A stretch of 37,547 bases of DNA, taken from an uncultured Christensenella sp. (GTDB taxonomy: Bacteria > Bacillota > Clostridia > Christensenellales > UBA1242). Under the pieces are notes generated by a model, which made no database searches, was not told where the DNA came from, and saw only the letters and a program-made list of their open reading frames with translations. A program made the position numbers and the translations under genes. The stretch covers positions 1 through 37,547 of the forward strand of contig CAOKRZ010000002.1 in assembly GCA_948471335.1 (NCBI GenBank). Direction: 5' to 3'. Positions 1 to 8,518 of this stretch are shown here, in pieces. Each line of letters starts with the position of its first letter. Position 1 is the first letter of the stretch.

Positions 1-417
1 AATAAGGTCTGTTTCTTTTGCGATATATATCTTTGAAGTTTTGATTATATGAAACCCAAGACTTTCAAGTGAAGAGACTTCTTCAGTGGAATTGCTGCTG
101 ATCTGTGAAGTAAGCTTAAACTCTGGACAGTCAGTTGTTACAAAATTAAGAATTTGTTTGCAAAGCCCCATATTCCTATATGACGGATGGAGAAATAACC
201 CCAGGTTTTTAAATTCCTTATCGCTATAAAAATCTGATATGCTTGCAATGCCGATTATTTCAGCATCCTTTTTAAACTTGTAATATACAGCGCTTTTGTC
301 AAATCTAAGTTGAAAACGCATAAGAAATTGCATGAAACTTACATCTTGTTCATTTGGAAAACTTTTTTTAATATTGATAACAAATCCAGTCATATTGTCC
401 ATAGTGATCATCCTCAT
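1..417 (-). CDS. GNAT-family N-acetyltransferase-like protein (partial; C-terminus runs off the left edge)
   Basis: Hand translation of the minus strand finds no stop between nt 1 and 456. It reads MRMITMDNMTGFVINIKK...AEIIGIASISDFYSDKEFKNLGLFLHPSYRNMGLCKQILNFV...LESLGFHIIK. The HPSYRNMGLC stretch resembles GNAT motif A. The ORF is absent from the track because no stop lies in the window. The start is ambiguous (ATGs at 450, 435, 417, 411, 402, 393; none has a good SD). Confidence 0.4.
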   Translation of the reverse strand, partial: MRMITMDNMTGFVINIKKSFPNEQDVSFMQFLMRFQLRFDKSAVYYKFKKDAEIIGIASISDFYSDKEFKNLGLFLHPSYRNMGLCKQILNFVTTDCPEFKLTSQISSNSTEEVSSLESLGFHIIKTSKIYIAKETDLI

Positions 418-542
418 AAGTTGGTTTTTAAACATGACTAAGTATAGCATAGACAATTAAATTTTGCTATCAATTCAAACAACTTTTGTTGTAAAATTTT
501 GATTTAACAAATTATGACATATTTCGACTCGGATAAATGCAG

Positions 543-1856
543 CTATTCAAGCGACGCGACAACTTTTGCAAGATAACTTGCAAGATTTTGGCAAACCGCA
601 GGATTTTCGCCTTCAACCATAATTCGAATTTTTGGCTCAGTGCCCGAAGCCCTGACAAGCACTCGTCCAAGTCCGGCGAGTTCTTGCTGAGTGTCGGTTA
701 TGGCTGATAGAAGCTTTTCAGAGCCAAGTATTCTCAGTTTATCATTGACAATGACATTGATATTTGCTTGAGGGAACAGTTTCACTTCACAAAATTCTGA
801 AAGAAGTTTTCCGCTTTTCTTACAATTGCATGCAAGAGTGATTGCTGTCAAAATTCCATCGCCTGTTGGAAGAAGCTTATTCATAATGACGTGCCCAGAT
901 TGCTCGCCACCAAGGCATAAGCCATGTTCATTCATAAGGGCAGCAACATATTTGTCTCCAACATCGGCACGATAAAGTTTTATGCCGTGTTTTTTAAGCT
1001 CGATTTCAATCCCCATATTTGTCTGGCTTGTTCCTACAACTCCGTCATGAGAAAGAATGTTCTGACTTTTGAAACTTTTTGCCAGGGCAGTTATGACAAG
1101 GTCGCCATCGACAATATTTCCTTGTTCATCAACCGCTATAAGCCTGTCGGCATCTCCGTCAAACGCAAAGCCCATATCAGCGCCAAGCCGAACAACTTTT
1201 TCCGCAAGTTTTTCAGGATGCAATGCGCCGCAGTTTTCATTGATATGCTTTCCTTCTTTGCTGCAGCTAGTTTTGTATACTTTTGCGCCCAACTTTTTGA
1301 AAACTTTGGGTGCAATGTCGAAGCTTGCTCCGTTTGATCCATCAAGCACAACTTTCATTCCATTTAAACAACAACTGGCTGATGAAACCAAAAAGTCTTC
1401 ATAACTTTTTCTTAAACTTTGATCTTGAGATAGCTGACCAATCTTATCAGCTGGTGCATGGAGAGTGTGTATGAACCTTCGCTCGATTGCTTCCTCTTCC
1501 TTGTCACTCAACTTTTCGCCTTTCTTGGAAAAAATTTTGATGCCGTTGTATTCACTTGGGTTGTGACTTGCGGTTATCACAATTCCGTAGTCAAAGCCTT
1601 TGCTTTTTGTTATGTATGCCACGGCCGCAGTTGGAATGATGCCAAGATCGACAACTTCCGCGCCTCCAGCAAGAAGCCCCGCACAAAGGGCGCTGAAAAG
1701 ATAGTCTCCACTTTGTCTTGTGTCGCGACCGATGCAAACTTTGCCGCCGCAAGCAAGTCGTTGACTCATGCTGTTTCCGCACTTGAAGGCAATGTCAAAG
1801 TTAAGTTCATTTCCAACAACACCTCGAAGCCCGTCTGTTCCAAAAAATATTGCCAT
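543..1856 (-). CDS. glmM: phosphoglucosamine mutase
   Basis: 437 aa. N-terminus FFGTDGLRG, phosphoserine loop ITASHNPSEYNGIKIF, metal loop FAFDGDADRLIAVD, and GEQSGH all match the alpha-D-phosphohexomutase/GlmM pattern. AGGAGG SD is present, and the ATG overlaps the upstream TGA stop (TGATG). Confidence 0.93.
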   Translation of the reverse strand: MAIFFGTDGLRGVVGNELNFDIAFKCGNSMSQRLACGGKVCIGRDTRQSGDYLFSALCAGLLAGGAEVVDLGIIPTAAVAYITKSKGFDYGIVITASHNPSEYNGIKIFSKKGEKLSDKEEEAIERRFIHTLHAPADKIGQLSQDQSLRKSYEDFLVSSASCCLNGMKVVLDGSNGASFDIAPKVFKKLGAKVYKTSCSKEGKHINENCGALHPEKLAEKVVRLGADMGFAFDGDADRLIAVDEQGNIVDGDLVITALAKSFKSQNILSHDGVVGTSQTNMGIEIELKKHGIKLYRADVGDKYVAALMNEHGLCLGGEQSGHVIMNKLLPTGDGILTAITLACNCKKSGKLLSEFCEVKLFPQANINVIVNDKLRILGSEKLLSAITDTQQELAGLGRVLVRASGTEPKIRIMVEGENPAVCQNLASYLAKVVASLE

Positions 1857-2488
1857 CAGTTTTCCTCCTTTAAATAGTCTTTTGCCTTGCCTTCTTTGAC
1901 GCTCATTCTTGACCTGCCAATGACAAAATCTCCACTTGCGATGTCCTTAACAACATTTGTCCCAGCGCAAATGAAAGCTTTATTGCCAACTTTAACCGGT
2001 GCGATCAAGTTGACGCTTGAGCCAATGAAACTGTCATCTCCAACAAAGGTTTTTGATTTAATCCTGCCGTTATAGTTGACAAAAACAACTCCGCATCCGA
2101 CATTGACACCTTTTCCTATTTCAGCATCGCCAACATAACTTAAGTGGCTTACTTTTGTTTTAGCGCCAATGGTGCTTTTTTTGATTTCTACAAAATTTCC
2201 GATTCGCACTTCATCGCCAATTTCGCTTTGAGGTCTTATCCTTGCAAAAGGTCCAATGGTCGCTTTTTGACCAACAACAGAATCTTCAATCACAGAATAC
2301 GCAACAGAAGCACCTTTTTTAATGTGAGAATTTTTGATAAAGTTGTTTGGCAATAAAACAACATCGTCTTCAATAATTGTGCCTTCTGCCAAATAGTTGT
2401 TTGGGTAAATCACAACATTTTCTCCAAGTACGACACCATCTTCTATGTATACATTTTTTTCGTCGATTATAGTTATATTTTTTTTCAA
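1856..2488 (-). CDS. stand-alone left-handed beta-helix (hexapeptide) acetyltransferase, equivalent to the C-terminal GlcN-1-P acetyltransferase domain of GlmU
   Basis: 210 aa. IGPFARIRPQSEIGDEVRIGNFVEIKKSTIGAKTKVSHLSYVGDAEIGKGVNVGCGVVFVNYNGRIKSKTFVGDDSFIGSSVNLIAPVKVG is colinear with the GlmU LbH domain. There is no N-terminal nucleotidyltransferase domain. TTG start at 2488 has the SD AAGGAG 6 nt upstream. The stop overlaps the glmM start. Confidence 0.8.
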   Translation of the reverse strand: MKKNITIIDEKNVYIEDGVVLGENVVIYPNNYLAEGTIIEDDVVLLPNNFIKNSHIKKGASVAYSVIEDSVVGQKATIGPFARIRPQSEIGDEVRIGNFVEIKKSTIGAKTKVSHLSYVGDAEIGKGVNVGCGVVFVNYNGRIKSKTFVGDDSFIGSSVNLIAPVKVGNKAFICAGTNVVKDIASGDFVIGRSRMSVKEGKAKDYLKEEN

Positions 2489-2585
2489 GTTTACTCCTTA
2501 ACTAGACGCAATCGCTTTGCATCCATATTCTTTATATATGCAAAGAAAAAAGTCCACGACAAAAGAAATATTTTTCAGTTTGCTA

Positions 2586-2614
2586 TTGACATGCTTGGCC
2601 TTAGATGTTATACT
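2586..2614 (+). promoter_or_regulatory. sigma-A-type promoter for the 2646 gene
   Basis: TTGACA (2586-2591), 17-nt spacer, TATACT (2609-2614), about 30 nt upstream of the GGGGAT SD and the ATG. Confidence 0.55.
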
Positions 2615-2645
2615 CAAAAGGTAAAATTAACTTAGGGGATAAATT

Positions 2646-3281
2646 ATGAGAAGCGATGTTGTGAAGAAGATTTTTGGAGATAACAAATATGTAAATAAAC
2701 GCTTGGTGGAGAGCACTTTTGAACATATTTATGGAGTCACTATTGAAGAGATCAGTCAAAAACTTGAAACTTTTGGAACGGAAAGATTAAGCGAGCAAGA
2801 AGTTCAAGAATTTATTGAACAATATAACACAAAGAATGGACTTGATAAGTTCTCTTCAGGCTATAAAAGACTTAACGGCAATGACTATAAAGGTTATCAA
2901 GAAATTTTAGACGGATACATTTCTCGTTGTCAAAGCTGCTCGACAAATCTTAAAAAATTTATAAACGAAAACGAATTTAGCTCTGTAGTTAAGACTGACG
3001 AACTTTGCAGGCTTTACACTGGGTTGTATTTAAGTTACATTAAAGCTGGCAAAGCTGCAGCGGTTGCCAATAAAAAAGAAACATATCTTAGAAATTTCTA
3101 CGCTAAATACAACTTTCCGAAAACTCTTTCTTCTTACACAAAATATGTTCTTGGATTTCCTGTCACAAACAGCATGCAATATCTGACAAAATTTGAAAAG
3201 AGAATTGAAGATGAATGCATAGATATCGTGAAGCAAACTGAACATGTTGCTGGAGAAAGACTCGTTGGATTATTCAGCTAA
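2646..3281 (+). CDS. hypothetical cytoplasmic protein (211 aa), no recognisable family
   Basis: Long ORF with an SD (TAGGGGAT), its own promoter and a downstream terminator. I see no motifs I can name. Confidence 0.6.
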   Translation: MRSDVVKKIFGDNKYVNKRLVESTFEHIYGVTIEEISQKLETFGTERLSEQEVQEFIEQYNTKNGLDKFSSGYKRLNGNDYKGYQEILDGYISRCQSCSTNLKKFINENEFSSVVKTDELCRLYTGLYLSYIKAGKAAAVANKKETYLRNFYAKYNFPKTLSSYTKYVLGFPVTNSMQYLTKFEKRIEDECIDIVKQTEHVAGERLVGLFS

Positions 3282-3286
3282 AAAAA

Positions 3287-3312
3287 AGCGCCAAGTAATT
3301 TGGTGCTTTTTT
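3287..3312. terminator. bidirectional rho-independent terminator between convergent genes
   Basis: AGCGCCAA-gtaa-TTGGTGCT hairpin flanked by an A-run (left) and a T-run (right). Confidence 0.7.
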
Positions 3313-3314
3313 CT

Positions 3315-5297
3315 TTAAACTACAATTCGATTTTTATATATTTTTTCAAGCAAAGCTTGTCTTTTATAGAAAGTGACTACTTTTTCTTTGAATGATGAAA
3401 GGTCTTCCATTGTGGCATCAGTGTTGTTTGTGATAATGTTTTTCACACTTGTGCAGAAAAAGTTTTCGTCAAACATTCCAGAAAGATTTGATGAGAAGAA
3501 TGATTTTTCAATATCTTCACTGAAAACTGAATAACCTTGGAACCAGCTTGTGTTTCCGCCAAGTCCGTAAAGGTCGCAGACTGTTGGAAGCAGGTCATAG
3601 GTGTTGCAGAAGGTGTCGATAACAATTGGGTTGCCTTGTGTGAGGGCAGGACTGTACATAAATGCAGGAATGTGATTTATGTAAAGGTTTGAAAAGTCAT
3701 CATTTTTCACACCTTTGATGTTGTTGCAAAGATTGTGATAATATGCGTTGTGATCTCCATAGAAAACAATTGATGTGCTGTCTTTAAGTCCGCGCTCTTC
3801 AAGAGTGCTTATGAGAATTGAGACTGCCTTTTCAAAGTCTATAAATGATGCTTTATAGTGACGGAACTGATTGTAAACAGTTGTTCCTTTTTCTGGGAGA
3901 ATGATGTCGGTGTTTTCTTCGACCCAAGCTTTGTATTCTTCCCAGTTGTTATCAAAGGTCTCATAAAACTCTGCAAAATTTTCATTTGTGCCTGTGTAAG
4001 GGCCGTGAGTTGAAAGTGACGCAAAATATGTCAAGAATCTTTCGTTTGAAGGGATGAACTTGTCAATCATATTTTCAACGAACTCGGCATCGCTCATCCA
4101 ATACTTAAATTGTTTCATTGACTGATCGCCTGTATAGTCATTTACGCTGTATTTTTTGTCAAATCCAAGCCCGCCACCTTCGCCGTGAGTTGTGTCTCGT
4201 GAATAGAAAGTGTCAAGCCCATGAATGTATGTGGTGATTGTATCCTTTGTCGAAGAAGTCGCTTTGAAAAGCGCTGGAAGTGAATAGTTTAACTTAAATC
4301 CATTCGTCAAACTTTCAGGAAGAGTGATGTTTCGTGGCATATTTCCAATAAGGGTGATGCCTTCACTGTTGTTTGTTCTGTTTCTTGCGTGGAAGTTTGT
4401 GAGGGCAACTGAGTCTGGAGACTGACCAGTCGAAAGCGACCATAGAAGTGGAGTGTTGATTGGATCTGCTGCAAATGAGTCCATGCTTTCGCAGAGAATG
4501 AAAATGAGGTTTTGATCATAAAGTGGGGCGTTTTTGTTTTCAGCAACACGACCTGCAGCCATGTAATCTTGAATTTCTTTTATCTCATCTTCACTTACAT
4601 TGTCGCCAAGAATAAGCTTGGTGAAATATTTTGAATAGAATCCAAAATGCCCAAAAGCCATATATGAGTCAATCTTGAACTGCAAATTGTCCCAAAGATA
4701 TCTGTCGCTTTCAATGACAGCGTATGCGTCATTTGTGCCTTCTTTAAGTGTGGACTGACCAATTGCGAAAAGAGAAGCACCGATAGACTGACCAAGAATG
4801 CAAATGGCAATGGCAAAGATGAAATATGAAAATGACTTTATTGAAAATGTCTTTTTGTTGTATCTAAGAAGAAGCGCGCTCACTGTCACAAAAACTGCGA
4901 AAACTACGACGTTGATCACTGAACCGATCCAGTCAATAAAGCCAGCTTCTGCAGCCGCGAGACCTTCTCCGCCAACTTTGATAAGGTCAAGTGTGAGAAT
5001 GTCGCCAAAGATTTTATACATTGTTGAGTTTGCGATGTTGAGAAGAAAATGAAAAGAAAGAAACAGATAGAAAAACACCGCCACAGCTTTTGTGTTTTGC
5101 ATAAAGAAAATGACAGCTGCAATCATGATGATCACTGCAAGGTCAAAAATGAAATACTCAGGCACCACGATAAGCCTGTCACTTGAGTTTTTAAATCCAA
5201 GCCATAGAAAATTTATTATTTCAAAAAGAATTGAAAAAAGGATGAAAAGTAAGGGGAGAATGACCCTGTTTGTAGAATATGTTTTTGTTTTCTTCAT
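3315..5297 (-). CDS. LTA synthase (LtaS)-family / sulfatase-fold phosphoglycerol transferase, polytopic membrane protein
   Basis: 660 aa. The N-terminal ~170 aa contains several hydrophobic helices. The extracytoplasmic domain has NLIFILCESMDSF, HARNRTNNSEG (Thr nucleophile region) and VFYGDHNAY, as in the LtaS/alkaline-phosphatase superfamily. Confidence 0.8.
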   Translation of the reverse strand: MKKTKTYSTNRVILPLLFILFSILFEIINFLWLGFKNSSDRLIVVPEYFIFDLAVIIMIAAVIFFMQNTKAVAVFFYLFLSFHFLLNIANSTMYKIFGDILTLDLIKVGGEGLAAAEAGFIDWIGSVINVVVFAVFVTVSALLLRYNKKTFSIKSFSYFIFAIAICILGQSIGASLFAIGQSTLKEGTNDAYAVIESDRYLWDNLQFKIDSYMAFGHFGFYSKYFTKLILGDNVSEDEIKEIQDYMAAGRVAENKNAPLYDQNLIFILCESMDSFAADPINTPLLWSLSTGQSPDSVALTNFHARNRTNNSEGITLIGNMPRNITLPESLTNGFKLNYSLPALFKATSSTKDTITTYIHGLDTFYSRDTTHGEGGGLGFDKKYSVNDYTGDQSMKQFKYWMSDAEFVENMIDKFIPSNERFLTYFASLSTHGPYTGTNENFAEFYETFDNNWEEYKAWVEENTDIILPEKGTTVYNQFRHYKASFIDFEKAVSILISTLEERGLKDSTSIVFYGDHNAYYHNLCNNIKGVKNDDFSNLYINHIPAFMYSPALTQGNPIVIDTFCNTYDLLPTVCDLYGLGGNTSWFQGYSVFSEDIEKSFFSSNLSGMFDENFFCTSVKNIITNNTDATMEDLSSFKEKVVTFYKRQALLEKIYKNRIVV

Positions 5298-5370
5298 GGT
5301 TTTATCTTATCATAAATTATGTTTTTTGTCAATATATAAGATATTTTGTTAAAATTCTGTGTTTTTAAAC

Positions 5371-5395
5371 AAAAAAAAGAAGGACTTTCCTTCTT
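5371..5395 (-). terminator. rho-independent terminator of the 5402-5731 gene
   Basis: AAGAAGGA-ctt-TCCTTCTT hairpin; on the minus strand it is followed by a run of 8 T. Confidence 0.7.
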
Positions 5396-5401
5396 TTCCC
5401 A

Positions 5402-5731
5402 TTACATTACAACGAGTGGAATAACTACGCCGACAATTACAAGAAGTAAGCAAAGTACATAAAGCACTTTCCAAACCATTTGTTTTGGTCTTACATAGCG
5501 CCAAGCAAGAATTGAAACAATGACGATCATTATCGCAGTTGCAACACCGTTAAGAGCGCCTACAATCTTGAAACTAAGTCCTACGCAACCTAAAATCAAA
5601 GATACAACATATAAGATTGCAACAAAAACAAGTGTATACATGCTTACTTTGTTGAGACTCCAAACTGAGCTTCTTTTTGTTGAAGTTGAGCTTGACTTGG
5701 TTGACTTTGATGATTTTGTTGAGTTTGCCAT
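5402..5731 (-). CDS. small membrane protein with a Ser/Thr/Lys-rich N-terminal tail
   Basis: 109 aa. MANSTKSSKSTKSSSTSTKRSS is followed by three predicted TM helices. SD AAGGAGG lies upstream and a terminator downstream. Confidence 0.55.
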   Translation of the reverse strand: MANSTKSSKSTKSSSTSTKRSSVWSLNKVSMYTLVFVAILYVVSLILGCVGLSFKIVGALNGVATAIMIVIVSILAWRYVRPKQMVWKVLYVLCLLLVIVGVVIPLVVM

Positions 5732-5798
5732 ATTCTTTAACCTCCTTTGAAATATTATATCCTTATTATTTTTCTTTGTAAAATGTTTTTTGAAAATT

Positions 5799-6695
5799 TT
5801 AGATAATATTGTGAATTATTTTGCCGTCGAATTTGCATTTTAGTGTTATGTTTAAAACTGTTGTGTCGTCAATTTGTCCAATAAAATCGCCAATTTGTGC
5901 TTGTTTTGCGTTGACCTCAATTTGGCTTGAAGAGGTTAGTTCTCGAAGTTTGATTGTCTCGCCTTCGACGACGCCCAAAATTCCTCCAACGAATGCTTTT
6001 TGCTTGCCTTCTTGAGTCAATGTGATTTCATCTTGACTTGTACAGATTTTATATTCAAGCGCATCTGATTTGACATATCCGGCAAGCCCTCCAAAGTTTG
6101 CCTCACGACGAGATGAAACATTGAAGCTGTTGCCACTAAAGGTTATATCAGAGCGCAAGCCTTCTCCATTGTCGCAACCAATAAGTCCACCAGCTGAAAC
6201 ATCTAAACCTTCAATGCGAAAGTCGGAAGAGGAAACTCTCACGTTTTGCACAGCTCCATTTTCAGCATAACCAATGATACCGAAAGTTGTTTTGCCACAA
6301 GAACTTACATCAGCACTTATATTTTCAAAATTGACGTCATGAATGTACGCATTTTTTGTATAGCTCCAGAAACCTACCACGCAATTGTCATCAAAAGAAG
6401 AATTTATTGTTAGGTTTTTGATTGTAAAGCCACTTCCGTCAAATTCGCCAGAAAAAGCTTTGATTCCCGTGCCTTGCCAGATGTATCCTTGCATGTCAAT
6501 GTCGCAGGTGAGTTTAAAGTCGCACTCTTCTGCCGTTTCAATGATTTCGCCCATCTTGACAAGATCCTCAGCTGAAGAAATTTCAATCACTCTTGCACCA
6601 GAAACTTGTTGAGAAATGAAAGGGATTGGAACAGCAAAAAATAGTGCAAGCAAAACTGATAACAATATTATATAACGAAGCTTAAACTTTGCCAT
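5799..6695 (-). CDS. secreted/anchored GLUG-motif protein
   Basis: I prefer the ATG at 6695 (MAKFKLRYIILLSVLLALFFAV..., SD AAGGGGAT) over the track start at 6767. Signal/anchor helix, then ISSAEDLVKMGE...FSGEFDGSGFTIKNLTI, followed by repeats AGGLIGCDNGEG, FGGLAGYV, FVGGILGVVEG (GLUG-type). Confidence 0.7.
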   Translation of the reverse strand: MAKFKLRYIILLSVLLALFFAVPIPFISQQVSGARVIEISSAEDLVKMGEIIETAEECDFKLTCDIDMQGYIWQGTGIKAFSGEFDGSGFTIKNLTINSSFDDNCVVGFWSYTKNAYIHDVNFENISADVSSCGKTTFGIIGYAENGAVQNVRVSSSDFRIEGLDVSAGGLIGCDNGEGLRSDITFSGNSFNVSSRREANFGGLAGYVKSDALEYKICTSQDEITLTQEGKQKAFVGGILGVVEGETIKLRELTSSSQIEVNAKQAQIGDFIGQIDDTTVLNITLKCKFDGKIIHNII

Positions 6696-6882
6696 TTTAT
6701 CCCCTTTTGTAAAATTTTTTAAATAAATTGGAAGAGTTTTACAAAAGTTAAGGTGTTTTTTGACCATTTTGAAACTCTTCTAATTTTAACTTTTTAAGAT
6801 AATAAATCACGCGCGGGCAATTTGTCAAATGTTATCAAAGTAAAAATAAAAATTCTTTTTATTACTCAAAATTGGTGTGAAT

Positions 6883-6903
6883 ATAAAAAAGGGCGTTGCC
6901 CTT
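6883..6903 (-). terminator. rho-independent terminator overlapping the stop of the 6902-7483 gene
   Basis: AAGGGC-gtt-GCCCTT hairpin; a T-run follows on the minus strand. Confidence 0.65.
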
Positions 6904-7483
6904 AATTTAAAAATGGTTTGTTTAATTTTCTCTGAAGACTTTGCATCGATTCAATCTGTCTGTTATGATCTTGTATAGATTGACTTACAAGTTCTCTTAA
7001 ACCGTCGCAGATGTCAAAGCGAAGCAGGTTAAGCATAAAAGCGACTGCGCTTTGGTGATGTGAAATCATTTGGCTTAAGAAGTCGGCGTTGATGTTGTTG
7101 GAAGCTTGAGTTGTTTCCATGCGGTCAACCATTTTTGAGAAAATGTCGTTGTAAGCTCTTTCATATAGAATTAGATCACGCTTGTCATTTTTCACTTCTT
7201 TGCAGCTGTCAAGAAGAGGGCTTAGTTTGTCAATCTCTTTGCTTGCAGAGTCAACGAGGCTTATCGCAAGCTCTTCAATATCAGGATTGGTTGTAAATTT
7301 CAAAACGTTGTCTGCCATCAGCAGCCCACCATTTGTGTATGCAATCATAGTGAAGATGAAATGACGGGCAATGTCTTCTTGAAGCTCAACTGCTTGCATG
7401 TCTTCTTCCATTTTGTTTAGAATTTCAAAATACTTTGATATGTATTCTTTTGAATTTGTGCTAAGTTTGATTATTCTTATCAT
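6902..7483 (-). CDS. hypothetical helical protein, possibly DUF305-like
   Basis: 193 aa with no signal peptide. FLSQMISHHQSAVAFM resembles the HH-containing motif of DUF305. The first half-repeat (FTMIAYTNGGLLMA) lacks the His pair. SD AAGGAGAAA. Confidence 0.45.
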   Translation of the reverse strand: MIRIIKLSTNSKEYISKYFEILNKMEEDMQAVELQEDIARHFIFTMIAYTNGGLLMADNVLKFTTNPDIEELAISLVDSASKEIDKLSPLLDSCKEVKNDKRDLILYERAYNDIFSKMVDRMETTQASNNINADFLSQMISHHQSAVAFMLNLLRFDICDGLRELVSQSIQDHNRQIESMQSLQRKLNKPFLN

Positions 7484-7578
7484 TTTTTTCTCCTTACGTT
7501 TTATTTATGACATAAGATATTTTTTGTTGCCTATAATATGTTAAGACTGCGCATTTAAAAGGCATGCGAAAAATTTGT

Positions 7579-7607
7579 TTGACATTTTTTTTGCAAGAGC
7601 ATAGAAT
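7579..7607 (+). promoter_or_regulatory. sigma-A-type promoter for the 7644 gene
   Basis: TTGACA (7579-7584), 17-nt spacer, TAGAAT (7602-7607). Confidence 0.55.
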
Positions 7608-7643
7608 TATTATATAGCTTCAAAGCATTAAAAGGAGAAAGTT

Positions 7644-7877
7644 ATGGATGAACTTGTAAAAACAATTGATTCTTTGCCAAAGCTTGTGAAAATCATTCTT
7701 GCATTGCCATTTCTTGATATTGTTTGGGCTGTTTACCGCCTTTGCAAATCTTTATCAAAAAACAATGCTTTAGGAATTGTGCTTGCAATACTCATGTTGT
7801 TTTTCTGTCCAACAATTCTTTGGATTGTTGACATCATCACCATCGCTGTGATGGATAAAGTGATTTGGATTGACTAA
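7644..7877 (+). CDS. small two-TM membrane protein
   Basis: 77 aa with SD AAAGGAGAAA, two hydrophobic helices, and a terminator directly after the stop. Confidence 0.55.
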   Translation: MDELVKTIDSLPKLVKIILALPFLDIVWAVYRLCKSLSKNNALGIVLAILMLFFCPTILWIVDIITIAVMDKVIWID

Positions 7878-7878
7878 A

Positions 7879-7902
7879 AAAGCGGCTTTAAGCCGTTTTT
7901 TT
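7879..7902 (+). terminator. rho-independent terminator
   Basis: GCGGC-tttaa-GCCGT hairpin with A/T-extended stem, followed by a T-run. Confidence 0.65.
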
Positions 7903-7971
7903 GTTTGCATTTATTGGTGCGATTGGGTTATACTTATAAAAAGTAGAACACTTATTCGTAAGGAGAAAACA

Positions 7972-8484
7972 ATGTTTGGATTCGGCAACAGAAATATGGC
8001 TCAGCATGAGCTTATGAACAGAATGGCAATGTCTGAAGGAATTTACGACGAAGATGACGAAACCGTTGCTCAGCATTTCCCAGAAGAAGCAGCAGAAGCG
8101 GGATTGACTGAAGAAGATTTTGCTGAGGAAGAAGGGGAAGAAGAGAATGAAGAAAGCCTAAAGGAAAAGAAGTGGAAAAAAGATCGACTCAAAATGCAGG
8201 TTGTTGCTGGGATTTTTGCGTCGAAGAGAGCCCCATCATTTGTTTGCCCAAGATGTCACAGACCTTCGATATATTTCGAGCCACCACTTATTAAAACCGC
8301 AATGGATAGCGCTTGGTCAGAGGTTATGCTTGTCAGAATGCAAAGATTTGTGTGCTTTAATCCAAGTTGTCCTATGAACTTCATTCACACAAGAACTCGC
8401 TTTAAAGTCAATGTGGTTGGAAAACTTAAGCCAACACATATCTTGGGTGATCATCTTGACAAAAATCCATTTATGCCAATTTAA
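7972..8484 (+). CDS. hypothetical protein with an acidic N-terminal half and a Cys-rich (zinc-ribbon-like) C-terminal half
   Basis: I prefer the ATG at 7972 (SD AAGGAGAAAA) because the track start at 7870 lies inside the upstream terminator. It contains the EE-rich stretch EEAAEAGLTEEDFAEEEGEEENEE, then CPRC...(40 aa)...CFNPSC. Confidence 0.55.
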   Translation: MFGFGNRNMAQHELMNRMAMSEGIYDEDDETVAQHFPEEAAEAGLTEEDFAEEEGEEENEESLKEKKWKKDRLKMQVVAGIFASKRAPSFVCPRCHRPSIYFEPPLIKTAMDSAWSEVMLVRMQRFVCFNPSCPMNFIHTRTRFKVNVVGKLKPTHILGDHLDKNPFMPI

Positions 8485-8490
8485 AAAAAA

Positions 8491-8517
8491 AAGACTTACT
8501 TAAATGTAAGTCTTTTT
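8491..8517. terminator. bidirectional rho-independent terminator
   Basis: AAGACTTAC-ttaaat-GTAAGTCTT hairpin flanked by an A-run and a T-run, between convergent genes. Confidence 0.75.
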
Positions 8518-8518
8518 C

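Noticed and set aside
6705-6746. 10-bp inverted repeat TTTTGTAAAA/TTTTACAAAA upstream of the small GLUG gene.
   Set aside because: It is purely A/T and would form a weak stem. Such matches are expected by chance in this AT-rich intergenic DNA, and no related motif occurs upstream of the giant GLUG gene.
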